Assembly (NCBI GenBank): GCA_963771355.1
Contig: CAVYTA010000006.1
Location: 1,760,001-1,824,000, forward strand
Direction: 5' to 3'
Origin: an uncultured Candidatus Rokubacteria bacterium
GTDB taxonomy: Bacteria > Methylomirabilota > Methylomirabilia > Rokubacteriales > CSP1-6
Length of the DNA: 64,000 bases
The notes under the pieces were generated by a model that ran no database searches, had not been told where the DNA came from, and saw nothing but the letters and a program-made list of their open reading frames with translations. This document shows positions 19,112 to 28,849 of the stretch, piece after piece. Position 1 is the stretch's first letter; each line of letters begins with the position of its first letter. A program made the position numbers and the translations under genes.

Positions 19112-20521
19112 CTACCGCCCTCGGCGCCACCACTGGTGGACGAGCTGGTCCACCACCTGGACGAGCTGCGCCACCGTGCGGCACTCCTTGACGATGTCGC
19201 ACGAGGGCGAGTAGAGCGGCATCACGCTGTCGCCGATGCCCCAGCCCCACTGTCCCTCGGGGTTGAGCCAGATGATGCCCTTCACGCGCTCGCGGATCTG
19301 GCGGATGGCCCAGGCCTGGGGATCGTTGTAGTTGTTGCGCGCATCCCCGAGGACCAGCACGGTCGTCTTGCGGTCCAGCGTGTCCAGCTCCGTGCGGACG
19401 AAGCGGTTGAAGGCATAGCCGAAGTCGGAGCGGCAGTGATAGTCCACCGGCGAGCCCTTGAGCGCCCACTCGATGGCCCGGTCCACCGGGTAGGTCTTGA
19501 AGGCCTGAGTGACCTCGGCGATCTCCGACACGAACACGTAGGAGCGCATCCGGGAGAAGCAGTCCTGGAGGCTCCACACCAGCTGGAGCATGAAGCGCGA
19601 CGCGTTGCGCACCGAATCGGACACGTCGCAGAGGGTGACGAGCTTGGGCTTCTCCCGGTGCCGGCGCCGGTAGCGTACCTCCATGGGGATGCCGCCATAC
19701 TGCAGGCTCTTCCGGATGGTCCGCCGCGAGTCGAGCCGCCCCTTCTCCTCCTGGCGCTGGCGGAGGGCGAGGGCGTCCTTGATCTTGCGCGCGAGCCGCG
19801 CCACCACCGCCTTCATCTGCGCCACCTCGTCCGGCGACAGCGCGAAGAGGGGCTTGTCGGTGAGGACCTCGCGGGTGAGCTTCTCGCCTTCACGGTAGGC
19901 CCGCCGCTCCAGCTCGCGCTCCACGTGCTGGCGGATCATGCGCCGGAAGGCTTCCAGGCGCAGGTCGAGATAGTTGCGGATGCGGGCGAGCTGGCCGGGA
20001 TCGAGCCCCTGCGCTTCCAGCATCTGCATGATGCGGGAGAGATCGCGCTCGATGGCCTCCCAGTCGAACTTGTCGTAGATGCGCCGGGAGAAGTAGCCGA
20101 TCTGGAGGAAGTACATGAGCCGCTCGAGCCCGGCCCCCTGCCCCTGGCCGCGGATCGCCATCTCCATCTCCGCGCCCTCGCCCTGGAGCATGAGCTCGGT
20201 CATCTCGTCCAGCTCGAGCCCGTCCTGGGCCATGAGCTTGTCGAGCATCTCGCGCATCTTCGGGTCCTCGGGCCCCAGGGCCTTCTTGAGCCCGGCCCCC
20301 AGCGCCTCGAGGTCGAGGAAGTAGAGGTCGAAGATGCGGTCGAAGGTCGGCAGGTCGCGGGCCTCCTTCACCAGGGTCGCGGCCAGCGCGGACTTGAAGG
20401 TCTCCCGCGTCTCGACGCCGATCTCGGTGGAGGCGGAGAGCGCGTCCATGGCCTCGCTGGTGGAGATGCGCAGCTCCGCCCGGCGCAGATCGCTGATGAA
20501 CTCCAGGATGCGTTGGTCCAT
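19112..20521 (-). CDS. VWA-domain protein, CoxE-like
   Basis: MIDAS-like CDVSDSV, LGDARNNY, IWLNPE, WGIGDSVM. Confidence 0.88.
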   Translation of the reverse strand: MDQRILEFISDLRRAELRISTSEAMDALSASTEIGVETRETFKSALAATLVKEARDLPTFDRIFDLYFLDLEALGAGLKKALGPEDPKMREMLDKLMAQDGLELDEMTELMLQGEGAEMEMAIRGQGQGAGLERLMYFLQIGYFSRRIYDKFDWEAIERDLSRIMQMLEAQGLDPGQLARIRNYLDLRLEAFRRMIRQHVERELERRAYREGEKLTREVLTDKPLFALSPDEVAQMKAVVARLARKIKDALALRQRQEEKGRLDSRRTIRKSLQYGGIPMEVRYRRRHREKPKLVTLCDVSDSVRNASRFMLQLVWSLQDCFSRMRSYVFVSEIAEVTQAFKTYPVDRAIEWALKGSPVDYHCRSDFGYAFNRFVRTELDTLDRKTTVLVLGDARNNYNDPQAWAIRQIRERVKGIIWLNPEGQWGWGIGDSVMPLYSPSCDIVKECRTVAQLVQVVDQLVHQWWRRGR

Positions 20522-20574
20522 CTAGTAGCCTATGCGCGATTTATCATGGTTTGGCGGTTTGGCCTCTTCGCCCC

Positions 20575-20726
20575 GGGGGCTCATCGGGGCGGGGTCTCGA
20601 TGGGGAGCACCCGCGCGCGGGGGCTCATCGGGGCGTCGTTTCCACCTTGAACACTCGCGCGTGGGGGCTCATCGGGGCGTGGTCTCGATGGGAACTGTCG
20701 CGCCGCGCGGCGGGGGCTCATCGGGA
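20575..20726. repeat. Degenerate tandem repeat, 4 copies of GGGGGCTCATCGGG(GCG)
   Basis: Cores start at 20575, 20619, 20663, 20712 (period 44, 44, 49). Confidence 0.85.
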
Positions 20727-21272
20727 GAAGGTCACCCAGGAGGACTTGAACACGTCCTCGTTGCCGTCGCGGCTGATGGGGTGGAGCCGGCCGTCCTCCA
20801 GTCGCAGGAGCCCGTGGAAGGACCCGCGGCACACGAAGTGGCTCATGCGGAACTTCCAGCCGAGCGAGCCGAGGGGGACCTCCTCGTCCAGCTCCACCGC
20901 CCGGGTCACGTCGGGGACGTCGCCGACCAGGTGCAGGACCCGCACCGGCCCCTCCGCGCAGCGCAGGCCGAGCACCACTTTGTAGGAGAGGCCCTGGCGG
21001 AACGTCTCCACCGTCATCTCGCCCGGGTGGAGGAGATGCGGCACCGCGTCCGGCATGGTGGCCCGGAAGAAGTCGCGCGGCGTCGGGTGGACGTAGTAGA
21101 AGTGCCAGCGGCCGGCGGCGGAGATCCAGAGCTTGGTGTACTCGCCCAGCGCGCCCGAGACGCAGCGGCCGCCCTCGATGAACACCGGCCCGGACGGCCC
21201 GAGCTCGGGGAGCCGGATGCGGGGCGCCGGAAACCAGAGCTCCCGGAACTCGGAAAGACCCGCCCACTCCAT
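20718..21272 (-). CDS. Hypothetical protein
   Basis: 184-aa ORF 9 nt after the MoxR stop, natural composition, no recognised family. Confidence 0.65.
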   Translation of the reverse strand: MEWAGLSEFRELWFPAPRIRLPELGPSGPVFIEGGRCVSGALGEYTKLWISAAGRWHFYYVHPTPRDFFRATMPDAVPHLLHPGEMTVETFRQGLSYKVVLGLRCAEGPVRVLHLVGDVPDVTRAVELDEEVPLGSLGWKFRMSHFVCRGSFHGLLRLEDGRLHPISRDGNEDVFKSSWVTFSR

Positions 21273-21281
21273 CGTCGCCGC

Positions 21282-22202
21282 CTACTTGACCGGCGCCTCG
21301 GCGAGCACCTTGTCCAGCGCGCCCCGCACCCGCTCGAGGTCCTTCTCGTGCTTGACGAGCATGGTCAGGGTGGACTCCACCAGCTCCCGGTCCAGCGAGT
21401 CCGCGTTCAAGATCACCAGCGAGCGCGCCCAGTCGAGGCTCTCCGACACGGACGGCGCCTTCCGGAGCTCCAGTCCGCGGATCTTGTTCACCACCCCGAC
21501 CACCGCCTGGGCCAGGCGCTCCGGAAGCTCCGGCACCTTGAGCCGGATGATGGCGAGCTCCTCGTCCGGGGGCGGAAAGTCGATGAAGAGATGGAGGCAC
21601 CGGCGCTTGAGGCCGTCCGACAGCTCGCGCGCGTTGTTCGAGGTGAGGACGACCAGCGGGATGTTGGTGGCCTTGATGGTGCCGAGCTCGGGCACGGAGA
21701 CCTGAAAATCCGAGAGGACCTCGAGCAAGAACGCCTCGAATTCCGGCTCGGCCTTGTCGATCTCGTCGACCAGCAGCACCACCGGATCCGTCGACTCGAT
21801 GGCCTGGAGCAGCGGCCGCGGAGACAGGAAGCGGTGGGAGAAGAAGGCGTCGTCCTGGCCGGAGATCTTGGCCACCGCGTCGGGCAGCGAGGGCGCGTCG
21901 GCGATCAGCTCGCCGATGCGATCGCGGAGGAGCTGGGTATACAGGAGCTGCTTGGCGTACTTCCACTCGTAGAGCGCCTTGCCCTCGTCGAGCCCCTCGT
22001 AACACTGGAGACGAATGAGCCGCCGGCCCGCGATGTCGGCCAGCGTCTTGGCCAGCTCCGTCTTCCCGACGCCCGCGGGCCCCTCGACCAGCACCGGCCG
22101 GCCCATCTTCGCCGCGAGGTACACGACGGTGCAGATGCGCCGGTTGGCGATGTAGCGGGCGTTCTTGAAGCTCTGCTGGACGTCCTCCACCGATCGGAAC
22201 AT
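21282..22202 (-). CDS. MoxR-family AAA+ ATPase, CoxD-like
   Basis: EGPAGVGKTELAK, RLQCYEGLD, LLVDEIDKA, LTSNNARELSDGLKRRC; AAGGAG RBS. Confidence 0.92.
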   Translation of the reverse strand: MFRSVEDVQQSFKNARYIANRRICTVVYLAAKMGRPVLVEGPAGVGKTELAKTLADIAGRRLIRLQCYEGLDEGKALYEWKYAKQLLYTQLLRDRIGELIADAPSLPDAVAKISGQDDAFFSHRFLSPRPLLQAIESTDPVVLLVDEIDKAEPEFEAFLLEVLSDFQVSVPELGTIKATNIPLVVLTSNNARELSDGLKRRCLHLFIDFPPPDEELAIIRLKVPELPERLAQAVVGVVNKIRGLELRKAPSVSESLDWARSLVILNADSLDRELVESTLTMLVKHEKDLERVRGALDKVLAEAPVK

Positions 22203-22287
22203 GGCGGCTCCTTGGAATGAATTGGCGTTCATCCTAGCATCACGGCGCGGGTTTGGCGAGCGGCCCGCGCGGTGGGACACTGAAGCC

Positions 22288-23397
22288 GTGACCGACGAGC
22301 GCGCGCGCGGCTATCATCGCCTCCAGCTCGGCCTCTCCGTGCTGGCCTTCGCGCTGGGCGTGGGCTATCTTTCCGTCCTGCTCGTCACCGGCAGCAGCGC
22401 CCGGCTGGCCGCGCGGATCGCGGAGTGGACCGCGCGGCCCTGGCTCGCGCTCGCCGCCATGACACTCGTGGTCGGCGCGGGCTGGCGCCTGCTCACGCTC
22501 CCCCTGGCCTGGCTGGGCGGGTTCTGGTTGCCGCGCCGCTTCGGCCTCCTCCACCAGCCCTTCGCGCGCTGGGCCTGGGACGCGGTGAAGGCGGGCGCGA
22601 TCGGCGGCGTTCTGGCCCTGGCCGGCATCGAGGTGGTCTACGCGCTGCTACGCTGGACCCCGTGGTGGTGGCTGGCCGCCGCGGCGGCATTCCTCGTCGC
22701 CGCCATTCTTCTCACCCTGGTCGCGCCGGTCTGGCTGGTCCCGCTCTTCTATCGACTGGAGCCGCTGGCGGACGGCGAGCTGCGCGAGCGCCTGCTCCGG
22801 CTCGGTCGGCGAACCGGCGTGCCCGTGCTGGGAGTCTGGGTGGGCGATCAATCGCGAAAGAGCCGCACCGCGAATGCCGCGGTGACCGGGCTCGGTCGCA
22901 CCCGCCGCGTCATCCTGTTCGACACGCTCGTGCGCGAGTTCCCCGCGGACGAGATCGAGGCGGTGCTGGCCCACGAGCTGGCCCATCATGCCCACGCCGA
23001 CATCTGGCGCGGGCTCGCCGTTCAGGGCGCGGTCACGCTCGCGACCTTCTGGCTGGCTGATCGGCTGCTCGCGGCCGGTGCGGCGAGCCTCGGCCTCGCG
23101 GGACCGGCAGACCTCGCCGCCCTTCCGCTACTTCTTCTCATCGGGCTGGGCGCCGGCATGGTGGCGCTGCCACTGACCAATGGGTGGTCTCGCCATGTGG
23201 AGCGTCAGGCCGACGACTTTGCGGTACGAGCGCTGGGATCCGCCGGCGCCTTCGTCGCGGCCATGGAGCGCCTGGCGCGGCTCAACCTGGCCGAACGCGA
23301 GCCCCATCGACTCAAGGAGATCCTCCTCTACTCCCACCCGGCCATCGGCCGGCGGGTGGCCCGGGCCCAGGCGCTCGCGGCGGGGTCGCCCGGCTGA
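22288..23397 (+). CDS. M48 (Ste24/HtpX-like) membrane metallopeptidase
   Basis: ANAAVTGLG, AVLAHELAH, ERQADDFA, YSHP. Confidence 0.9.
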   Translation: MTDERARGYHRLQLGLSVLAFALGVGYLSVLLVTGSSARLAARIAEWTARPWLALAAMTLVVGAGWRLLTLPLAWLGGFWLPRRFGLLHQPFARWAWDAVKAGAIGGVLALAGIEVVYALLRWTPWWWLAAAAAFLVAAILLTLVAPVWLVPLFYRLEPLADGELRERLLRLGRRTGVPVLGVWVGDQSRKSRTANAAVTGLGRTRRVILFDTLVREFPADEIEAVLAHELAHHAHADIWRGLAVQGAVTLATFWLADRLLAAGAASLGLAGPADLAALPLLLLIGLGAGMVALPLTNGWSRHVERQADDFAVRALGSAGAFVAAMERLARLNLAEREPHRLKEILLYSHPAIGRRVARAQALAAGSPG

Positions 23398-23529
23398 CAC
23401 TGTACCCTCCAGCTTGTTTCTCAGCCGACGTAGGCGCCCCTGTTCCACTTCTAAACATTCATTGTTTCAATGAGTTGAGGGCCGGGAGCCCTGGCACCCC
23501 AATTGCTGCTCAGTAGGCTCGGAGACCAC

Positions 23530-24843
23530 GTGGCCACCCACGGAACGACAGCACTTGAGATGAGTTCCAAGCCCGCCGGCCCCCAGAGTGCGCTGTTGCG
23601 ACACCTTCGGGTGATCCGCATCGTCTCCGAGGCCGTGAGCCGGTCGCTGGACCTGGAAGAGGTCCTCGATCGCTCGCTCGACGCCCTCACCCAGGTCACC
23701 GGACACGAGATCTCGAGCCTGCACCTGGTTTCCCCGGACGGGGAGCGGCTGCTCCTGCGGGGCGACCGCGGCCTGTCGCCGCGCCTCCGCGAAGTCAACC
23801 TCGTCCTCCCGATGGGCGTGGGGCTGATCGGCAGCGTGGCCCAGTCCGGCCAGCCGCGCCGCGTGGACGACGTCGCCCGGGCCGGCGACCTCCTGCACGC
23901 GGCGCGCGAGGCCGTGATCGCCGACGGCATCCGCGCCTTCGTCTGCGTGCCCATCCGCGCCCGCCAGCGCCTGCTGGGCACGCTCGCGCTGGGGCGGCAG
24001 ACGGGCCATCGCTTCTCCGACGCGGAGGTCTCGCTGCTGGAGTGCGTGTCCGATCAGATCGGGCTGGCCCTTGACAATGCGCGGCTGTACTCCGAGACGC
24101 GGCATCAGCTCCAGGAGCACGAGAAGGTGCGGGCGGCCGCGGTGCGCGCGGAGCGGATGTCCGCCATCGACGGCCTCGCCGCGGGCGTGGCCCACGAGAT
24201 CAACAACCCGCTCACCATCATCCTGGGCCAGATCCACGTGATGCTGCAGGGCGAACCGGAGGAGGAGCTGGAGACCCAGCTCCGCGTGATCGATGGCGCC
24301 GCCAAGCGCGCGGCCAAGATCGTGAAGGACCTGCGCTCCTTCGCCGAGCCCTCGCCCGCCCAGCGCGCCCCCGTCTCGATTCCGGCGCTCATCCGGCAGG
24401 TGCTGGACGCCAACGAGTCGCGCCTCCGCGCCGACCACGTGGAGTGGGAGACCGTGCTCGAGCAGGTGCCCGCCATCTGGGCCGACGGCCCACAGCTCAC
24501 CCAGGTGCTCCAGAGCCTGGTGGACAATGCCCGCTTCGCGATGGCGTCGTCCCACGACGGCGGCCGGCTCACCCTCCGGGTCATGCCGGTGCCCGCCGGC
24601 GTCCGCATCGAGGTCGCCGACGACGGGCCCGGCATCCTGCCGAACCACCTGCCCCGCATCTTCAACCCCTTCTTCACGACCAAGGGGCCGGATCAGGGGC
24701 GCGGGCTCGGGCTCGCCGTCGCGCACGGAGTCATCAAGGAGCATGGCGGCCGGCTCTGGGCCGAGAACGGCTCCTCCGGCGGCGCTCTCCTCGTCGTCGA
24801 GCTGCCGGTGAGCCTCCGCCGCACCGAACGCGCCTCCGCCTGA
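23530..24843 (+). CDS. GAF-domain sensor histidine kinase
   Basis: GAF, AHEINNPL, DDGPGI, PFFTTK, GLGL boxes; start 23530 or 23560. Confidence 0.92.
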   Translation: MATHGTTALEMSSKPAGPQSALLRHLRVIRIVSEAVSRSLDLEEVLDRSLDALTQVTGHEISSLHLVSPDGERLLLRGDRGLSPRLREVNLVLPMGVGLIGSVAQSGQPRRVDDVARAGDLLHAAREAVIADGIRAFVCVPIRARQRLLGTLALGRQTGHRFSDAEVSLLECVSDQIGLALDNARLYSETRHQLQEHEKVRAAAVRAERMSAIDGLAAGVAHEINNPLTIILGQIHVMLQGEPEEELETQLRVIDGAAKRAAKIVKDLRSFAEPSPAQRAPVSIPALIRQVLDANESRLRADHVEWETVLEQVPAIWADGPQLTQVLQSLVDNARFAMASSHDGGRLTLRVMPVPAGVRIEVADDGPGILPNHLPRIFNPFFTTKGPDQGRGLGLAVAHGVIKEHGGRLWAENGSSGGALLVVELPVSLRRTERASA

Positions 24844-24890
24844 TCGGCGCCGCTCCCGGCGCCGGAATCGCTGTGGTAGGCTGAAGCGCC

Positions 24891-25100
24891 ATGCGGCGCT
24901 TTGTTTCTCCCGCGATCCTCTGCTTCGCGCTCACCCTCGTCGCCGCCTGCGCGCCCATGGGCGGCTCCGCCCCCCGGAGCAGCGGCGGCGCCTCGGTGCG
25001 GTGTCTGAACCCGGGCGACTCCGGCGGTACCGGCGCCGCCGGCTCGTCCGAGTCGCCGGATCGGCCCATCTTCTTCCTCTTCTGCGCCCAGTCTCCCTGA
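24891..25100 (+). CDS. Small putative lipoprotein
   Basis: Signal peptide with lipobox VAAC; G/S linker; C-terminal RPIFFLFCAQSP. Confidence 0.6.
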   Translation: MRRFVSPAILCFALTLVAACAPMGGSAPRSSGGASVRCLNPGDSGGTGAAGSSESPDRPIFFLFCAQSP

Positions 25101-25159
25101 GTGCTAGGCTCCGCTCTGTTCACAACTACCAATCTCCCGAACCCACGGGGAGGACTCGC

Positions 25160-26332
25160 ATGAGCACCGCGAAGGACGCCGTCACTCAGGCCGTCGACGG
25201 CATCGCCGACGAGCTCGAAGCCCTGTCCCGCCGTATCCACGATCATCCGGAGCTGGGCTACCAGGAAAAGCAGGCGGCAGGCTGGCTGACCGGGTTCCTC
25301 GCCGCCAAGGGCTTCAAGGTCGAATCGGGGGTGGCGGGCGTGGAGACCGCCTTCCGCGCGACCATCGAGACGGGCGACGGCCCCACCATCGCCATCCTGT
25401 GCGAGTACGACGCGCTGCCGGGCATCGGGCATGCGTGCGGCCACAACGTCATCGCCGCCTCCGGCGCGGGCGCGGGCGCGGCGCTGGCGCTGTCGAAGAG
25501 CCGGCTGCCCAAGGGCCGCGTCCAGGTCATCGGGACGCCGGCGGAGGAGGGCGGCGGCGGGAAGAACCGCCTCATCAAGGGCGGCGTCTTCAAGGACGTC
25601 GACTGCGCCATGATGATCCACGGCTTCGACCGCACCATCCTGCACCAGGATCTCCTCGGCATCGTGCGGGGGACCTTCGAGTTCCACGGCAAGGCCTCCC
25701 ACGCCTCCGCCGATCCCTGGGAGGGAATCAACGCCCTCGATGGCTGTATCGCAATGTTCAACGCAGTGGCCATGCTGCGCCAGCAGGTGCGGCCCGACTG
25801 CCGCATCCACGGGATCATCACCAACGGGGGTGCCGCCGCCAACATCATCCCGGAGTACGCGGCGGCCGTCTTCTACGTGCGCGCCCCGCGCATCGACGTC
25901 ATGTGGGACCTCTACAAGCGCGTGGTGGCCTGCGCGGAGGGCGCGGCCAAGGCGACGGGCGCCGCGGTGAAGGTGACGCAGCAGACCGACAATGTCTACG
26001 AGCCCATGAAGCGGAACCAGACCCTGCTCGACCTCTTCGCCGCGAACATGACCGCGGTCGGCCTCGCCGAGGGCCCCGCGGTGCTCGACCGGCTCGGCTC
26101 CTCCGACGTCGGCAACGTGAGCCAGGTGATCCCCACCATCCAGCCCATGATCGGCATCGCCCCGCTGGGGACGGCCATCCACACGCGCGAATTCGCCGAC
26201 GCGGCGGTGACGCCGCTGGCGCGGGCTGGGCTCCTCGCCGCCGCCAAGACCATGGCCCTCACCACCTTCGATCTCCTCGCCGATCCGGCCCGGGTGCGAG
26301 CGGCGAAGGACGAGTTCGCCCGGAGCCGGTAG
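25160..26332 (+). CDS. M20 amidohydrolase, copy 1
   Basis: HPELGYQE, EYDALPGIGHACGHN, GTPAEE, GSSDVGNVS. Confidence 0.92.
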   Translation: MSTAKDAVTQAVDGIADELEALSRRIHDHPELGYQEKQAAGWLTGFLAAKGFKVESGVAGVETAFRATIETGDGPTIAILCEYDALPGIGHACGHNVIAASGAGAGAALALSKSRLPKGRVQVIGTPAEEGGGGKNRLIKGGVFKDVDCAMMIHGFDRTILHQDLLGIVRGTFEFHGKASHASADPWEGINALDGCIAMFNAVAMLRQQVRPDCRIHGIITNGGAAANIIPEYAAAVFYVRAPRIDVMWDLYKRVVACAEGAAKATGAAVKVTQQTDNVYEPMKRNQTLLDLFAANMTAVGLAEGPAVLDRLGSSDVGNVSQVIPTIQPMIGIAPLGTAIHTREFADAAVTPLARAGLLAAAKTMALTTFDLLADPARVRAAKDEFARSR

Positions 26333-26334
26333 CC

Positions 26335-27537
26335 ATGACCGGCGCGAATCCGACGCTCGACGCCGCGAAGAGCAAGGTTGCGGAGGCGGTGGACCGGCTG
26401 AGCGGCGAGCTGGAGGCGCTGAGCCTCCAGATCCACGGCAATCCGGAGCTCTGCTTCAAGGAGGAGAAGGCCTCCGCGTGGCTCACCGAGTTCCTCGGCA
26501 AGCACGGGGCCCAGGTGGAGCGGGGGATCGGCGGGCTTCCCACCGCGTTCCGGGCCACCATTCCGGGGCAAGGCCCCGGGCCGACGGTGGCCATTCTCGC
26601 CGAGTACGACGCGCTGCCCGGCATCGGGCATGCCTGCGGGCACAACATCATCGCGACCTCCGGCGCGGGAGCGGGCGCCGCGCTCGCCGCCGCGCTCACC
26701 ACTCTGCCCTTCGCGGGGCGCATCCAGGTCATCGGCACTCCCGCCGAGGAGGGCGGCGCGGGCAAGGTGCGCCTCATGGAGGCGGGCGTCTTCAAGGACG
26801 TGGACGCGGCCATGATGATTCACGGGCGCCCGGGCACCCAGGTCTGGCGGCCGAGCCTCGGCATCATCAAGGTGAAGGTGGAGTTCTTCGGCCGCGCCGC
26901 CCATGCCTCGTCCTGGCCGTGGCGGGGCGTCAACGCGCTCAACGCGATGATCCAGCTCTTCGTGTCGCTCGATCAGATGCGCCAGCAGGTGAAGCCGGAC
27001 GCGCGCATCCACGGGGTGATCACCAAGGGCGGCGACCAGGCCAATATCATTCCCGAGCACACCGCGGCGGAGTTCTACCTGCGCGCGCCCACGCGCGACT
27101 ACTGCCACGAGCTGCTCCGGAAGTTCGAGGCGGTGGCGGAAGGCGCGGCGCTGGCCACCGGCTGCACGGCCAAGGTGATGCCGGACGCCACTATCCATGA
27201 CCCGCTCAAGCCGAACTTCACCATGGCCGCGCTGTTCAAGCAGAACCTCGCGCGCATCGACTTCCCCGAGGACCCGGACGACGGTCAGGCCGGCTACGGC
27301 TCCACCGACTGCGGCAACGTGAGCCAGGCCCTCCCCACCATTCACCCGTACATCCGCATCAGCCCCGACGGGATTCCCGGCCATTCGCGGGAGTTTGCCG
27401 AGTGGGCCAAATCTCCGATCGCGCATACCGGCATGGTGGCGGCGGCCAAGACGCTGGCCATGACGGCGCTGGATCTTCTCGCCGCGCCCGACGAATTGCG
27501 AAAGGCGAAGGCGGAATTCGCGTCGACCGCCGGCTAG
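26335..27537 (+). CDS. M20 amidohydrolase, copy 2
   Basis: EYDALPGIGHACGHN, GTPAEE, GSTDCGNVS. Confidence 0.92.
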   Translation: MTGANPTLDAAKSKVAEAVDRLSGELEALSLQIHGNPELCFKEEKASAWLTEFLGKHGAQVERGIGGLPTAFRATIPGQGPGPTVAILAEYDALPGIGHACGHNIIATSGAGAGAALAAALTTLPFAGRIQVIGTPAEEGGAGKVRLMEAGVFKDVDAAMMIHGRPGTQVWRPSLGIIKVKVEFFGRAAHASSWPWRGVNALNAMIQLFVSLDQMRQQVKPDARIHGVITKGGDQANIIPEHTAAEFYLRAPTRDYCHELLRKFEAVAEGAALATGCTAKVMPDATIHDPLKPNFTMAALFKQNLARIDFPEDPDDGQAGYGSTDCGNVSQALPTIHPYIRISPDGIPGHSREFAEWAKSPIAHTGMVAAAKTLAMTALDLLAAPDELRKAKAEFASTAG

Positions 27538-27572
27538 GCGGATGACGCGGCTCGGCGGCGAATAGCCCGCGA

Positions 27573-28169
27573 CTAGGACGCGGCTGCCGGGGAATCCGCC
27601 CGCCGCCCCGCCGCCAGGAGCTTCCGGACCTGGCCGATGTGATCCAGGGTGTGGAGGCGGAAGGCGAAGACCGCATAGGCCTTCCACGCGATCTCCTCCT
27701 CCCAGTGAAGGGGCGCCTCGCCGCCGTCGGCGCCGCGAACATTGACCACCGCCACCACCGGCGCCCGCGCGTCGGTGGGGGCATCACGCGCGCCGTCGAG
27801 CACGTGGAGCGCGGCGGCGTGCTGGGCCTGGAGCGCGCTCCGCAACGCATCCCAGGGGCGCGCGAGCGGATCGCGGGACTGTAGCCCCGCGGGGATGGGC
27901 GGGCCGGCGGGCCGGCGCCCGGCAAGGAGATCCACGAGCTCGCCCACGCTCGGGGCATGGGTGAGGATGAGATGGTCCACCACCTCGTGGATGCTCCACT
28001 CGCCCGGCAGGGGCCGGCGGGCGGCCTCGGCCGCGGACACGGGGGCGAGGAGCGCTTCCATGGTGTCGAAGGCGCCCGCCACGCGCGCGCGGACCTGGGT
28101 CAGCGGCAGCCCGTCGCCCTTGTCGCGCAGATATTCCCGCATCCGGACCTGCTCCATCACGTCGGTCAT
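27573..28169 (-). CDS. DinB-family protein
   Basis: PGEWSIHEVVDHL and HTLDHIGQ motifs; ATGA overlap with TetR gene. Confidence 0.8.
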   Translation of the reverse strand: MTDVMEQVRMREYLRDKGDGLPLTQVRARVAGAFDTMEALLAPVSAAEAARRPLPGEWSIHEVVDHLILTHAPSVGELVDLLAGRRPAGPPIPAGLQSRDPLARPWDALRSALQAQHAAALHVLDGARDAPTDARAPVVAVVNVRGADGGEAPLHWEEEIAWKAYAVFAFRLHTLDHIGQVRKLLAAGRRADSPAAAS

Positions 28170-28774
28170 CGCTTGCCTCCCCGGCGGAGATACGCCCACA
28201 AGACGTCGGTGCAGAGCCGCTCCGCCTCGGCCCGCGGCAGGCCTCGGCGGTCGAAGGTGTGCTGCAGCGAGAGCCCGTCCAGGAGCCCGAGCACCGCCGC
28301 GGCGGCGGAGCCGGGGTCGATCCGGCGGAACGCGCCGCTGGCCACTCCCCCCGCGATCATGCGGGCGATGAGCCGGCGGCTGCGCGCGTACGTCCGCGCG
28401 TTGAGGGTGGCCAGCGCGCGATCGTGCAGGGACTCGCCCCAGAACTCGATGAACACGGTCCAGAACTCCCGGTCGCGCGCGGCCACCGTCAGGCAGGCCC
28501 GCACCAGGGCGCGCAGGCGCCCGCGCGCGTCGCGGGCCCCGCGCGCTTCCGCCGCCACGCGGCGGTCGAGATCGGCGGTGACCCGGAGGGCGGCGGCGGC
28601 GAGGATGGCCCGCTTGTCCGCGAAGTAGTAGTGGAGGATGCCCTGGCTGAGGCCGGCGGCGGCGGCCACGCGCTTCATGGTGAGGCCGGCATAGCCGTCG
28701 CGGGCCAGGCAGCGGATGGTGGCGCGCACGATCTGCTCGCGCCGGAGGGGCGCCACGCCGACCCTGGGGGTCAT
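28166..28774 (-). CDS. TetR-family regulator (BetI-like)
   Basis: RREQIVRAT...VAAAAGLSQGILHYYFADK HTH. Confidence 0.92.
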   Translation of the reverse strand: MTPRVGVAPLRREQIVRATIRCLARDGYAGLTMKRVAAAAGLSQGILHYYFADKRAILAAAALRVTADLDRRVAAEARGARDARGRLRALVRACLTVAARDREFWTVFIEFWGESLHDRALATLNARTYARSRRLIARMIAGGVASGAFRRIDPGSAAAAVLGLLDGLSLQHTFDRRGLPRAEAERLCTDVLWAYLRRGGKR

Positions 28775-28795
28775 ACCCCCAGGGTCTACGCGATG

Positions 28796-28820
28796 TTTAT
28801 TGGTCGGTCAACCAGTTAAA
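28796..28820. promoter_or_regulatory. Imperfect inverted repeat, candidate TetR operator
   Basis: TTTATTGGTCGGTCAACCAGTTAAA about 20 nt upstream of the tetR start. Confidence 0.55.
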
Positions 28821-28849
28821 GTGCACCACTTACAAGTGCTCGGCGAGCG

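Noticed and set aside
20575..20726. CRISPR array
   Set aside because: Core only 14-17 bp, intervening segments resemble one another, no cas genes in the window
19112..22202. Carbon monoxide dehydrogenase locus
   Set aside because: CoxD/CoxE-like genes only; no coxL/M/S in the window
23465..23477. IHF-like site TTTCAATGAGTTG upstream of the GAF kinase
   Set aside because: One mismatch to a short degenerate consensus; not supportable from sequence alone
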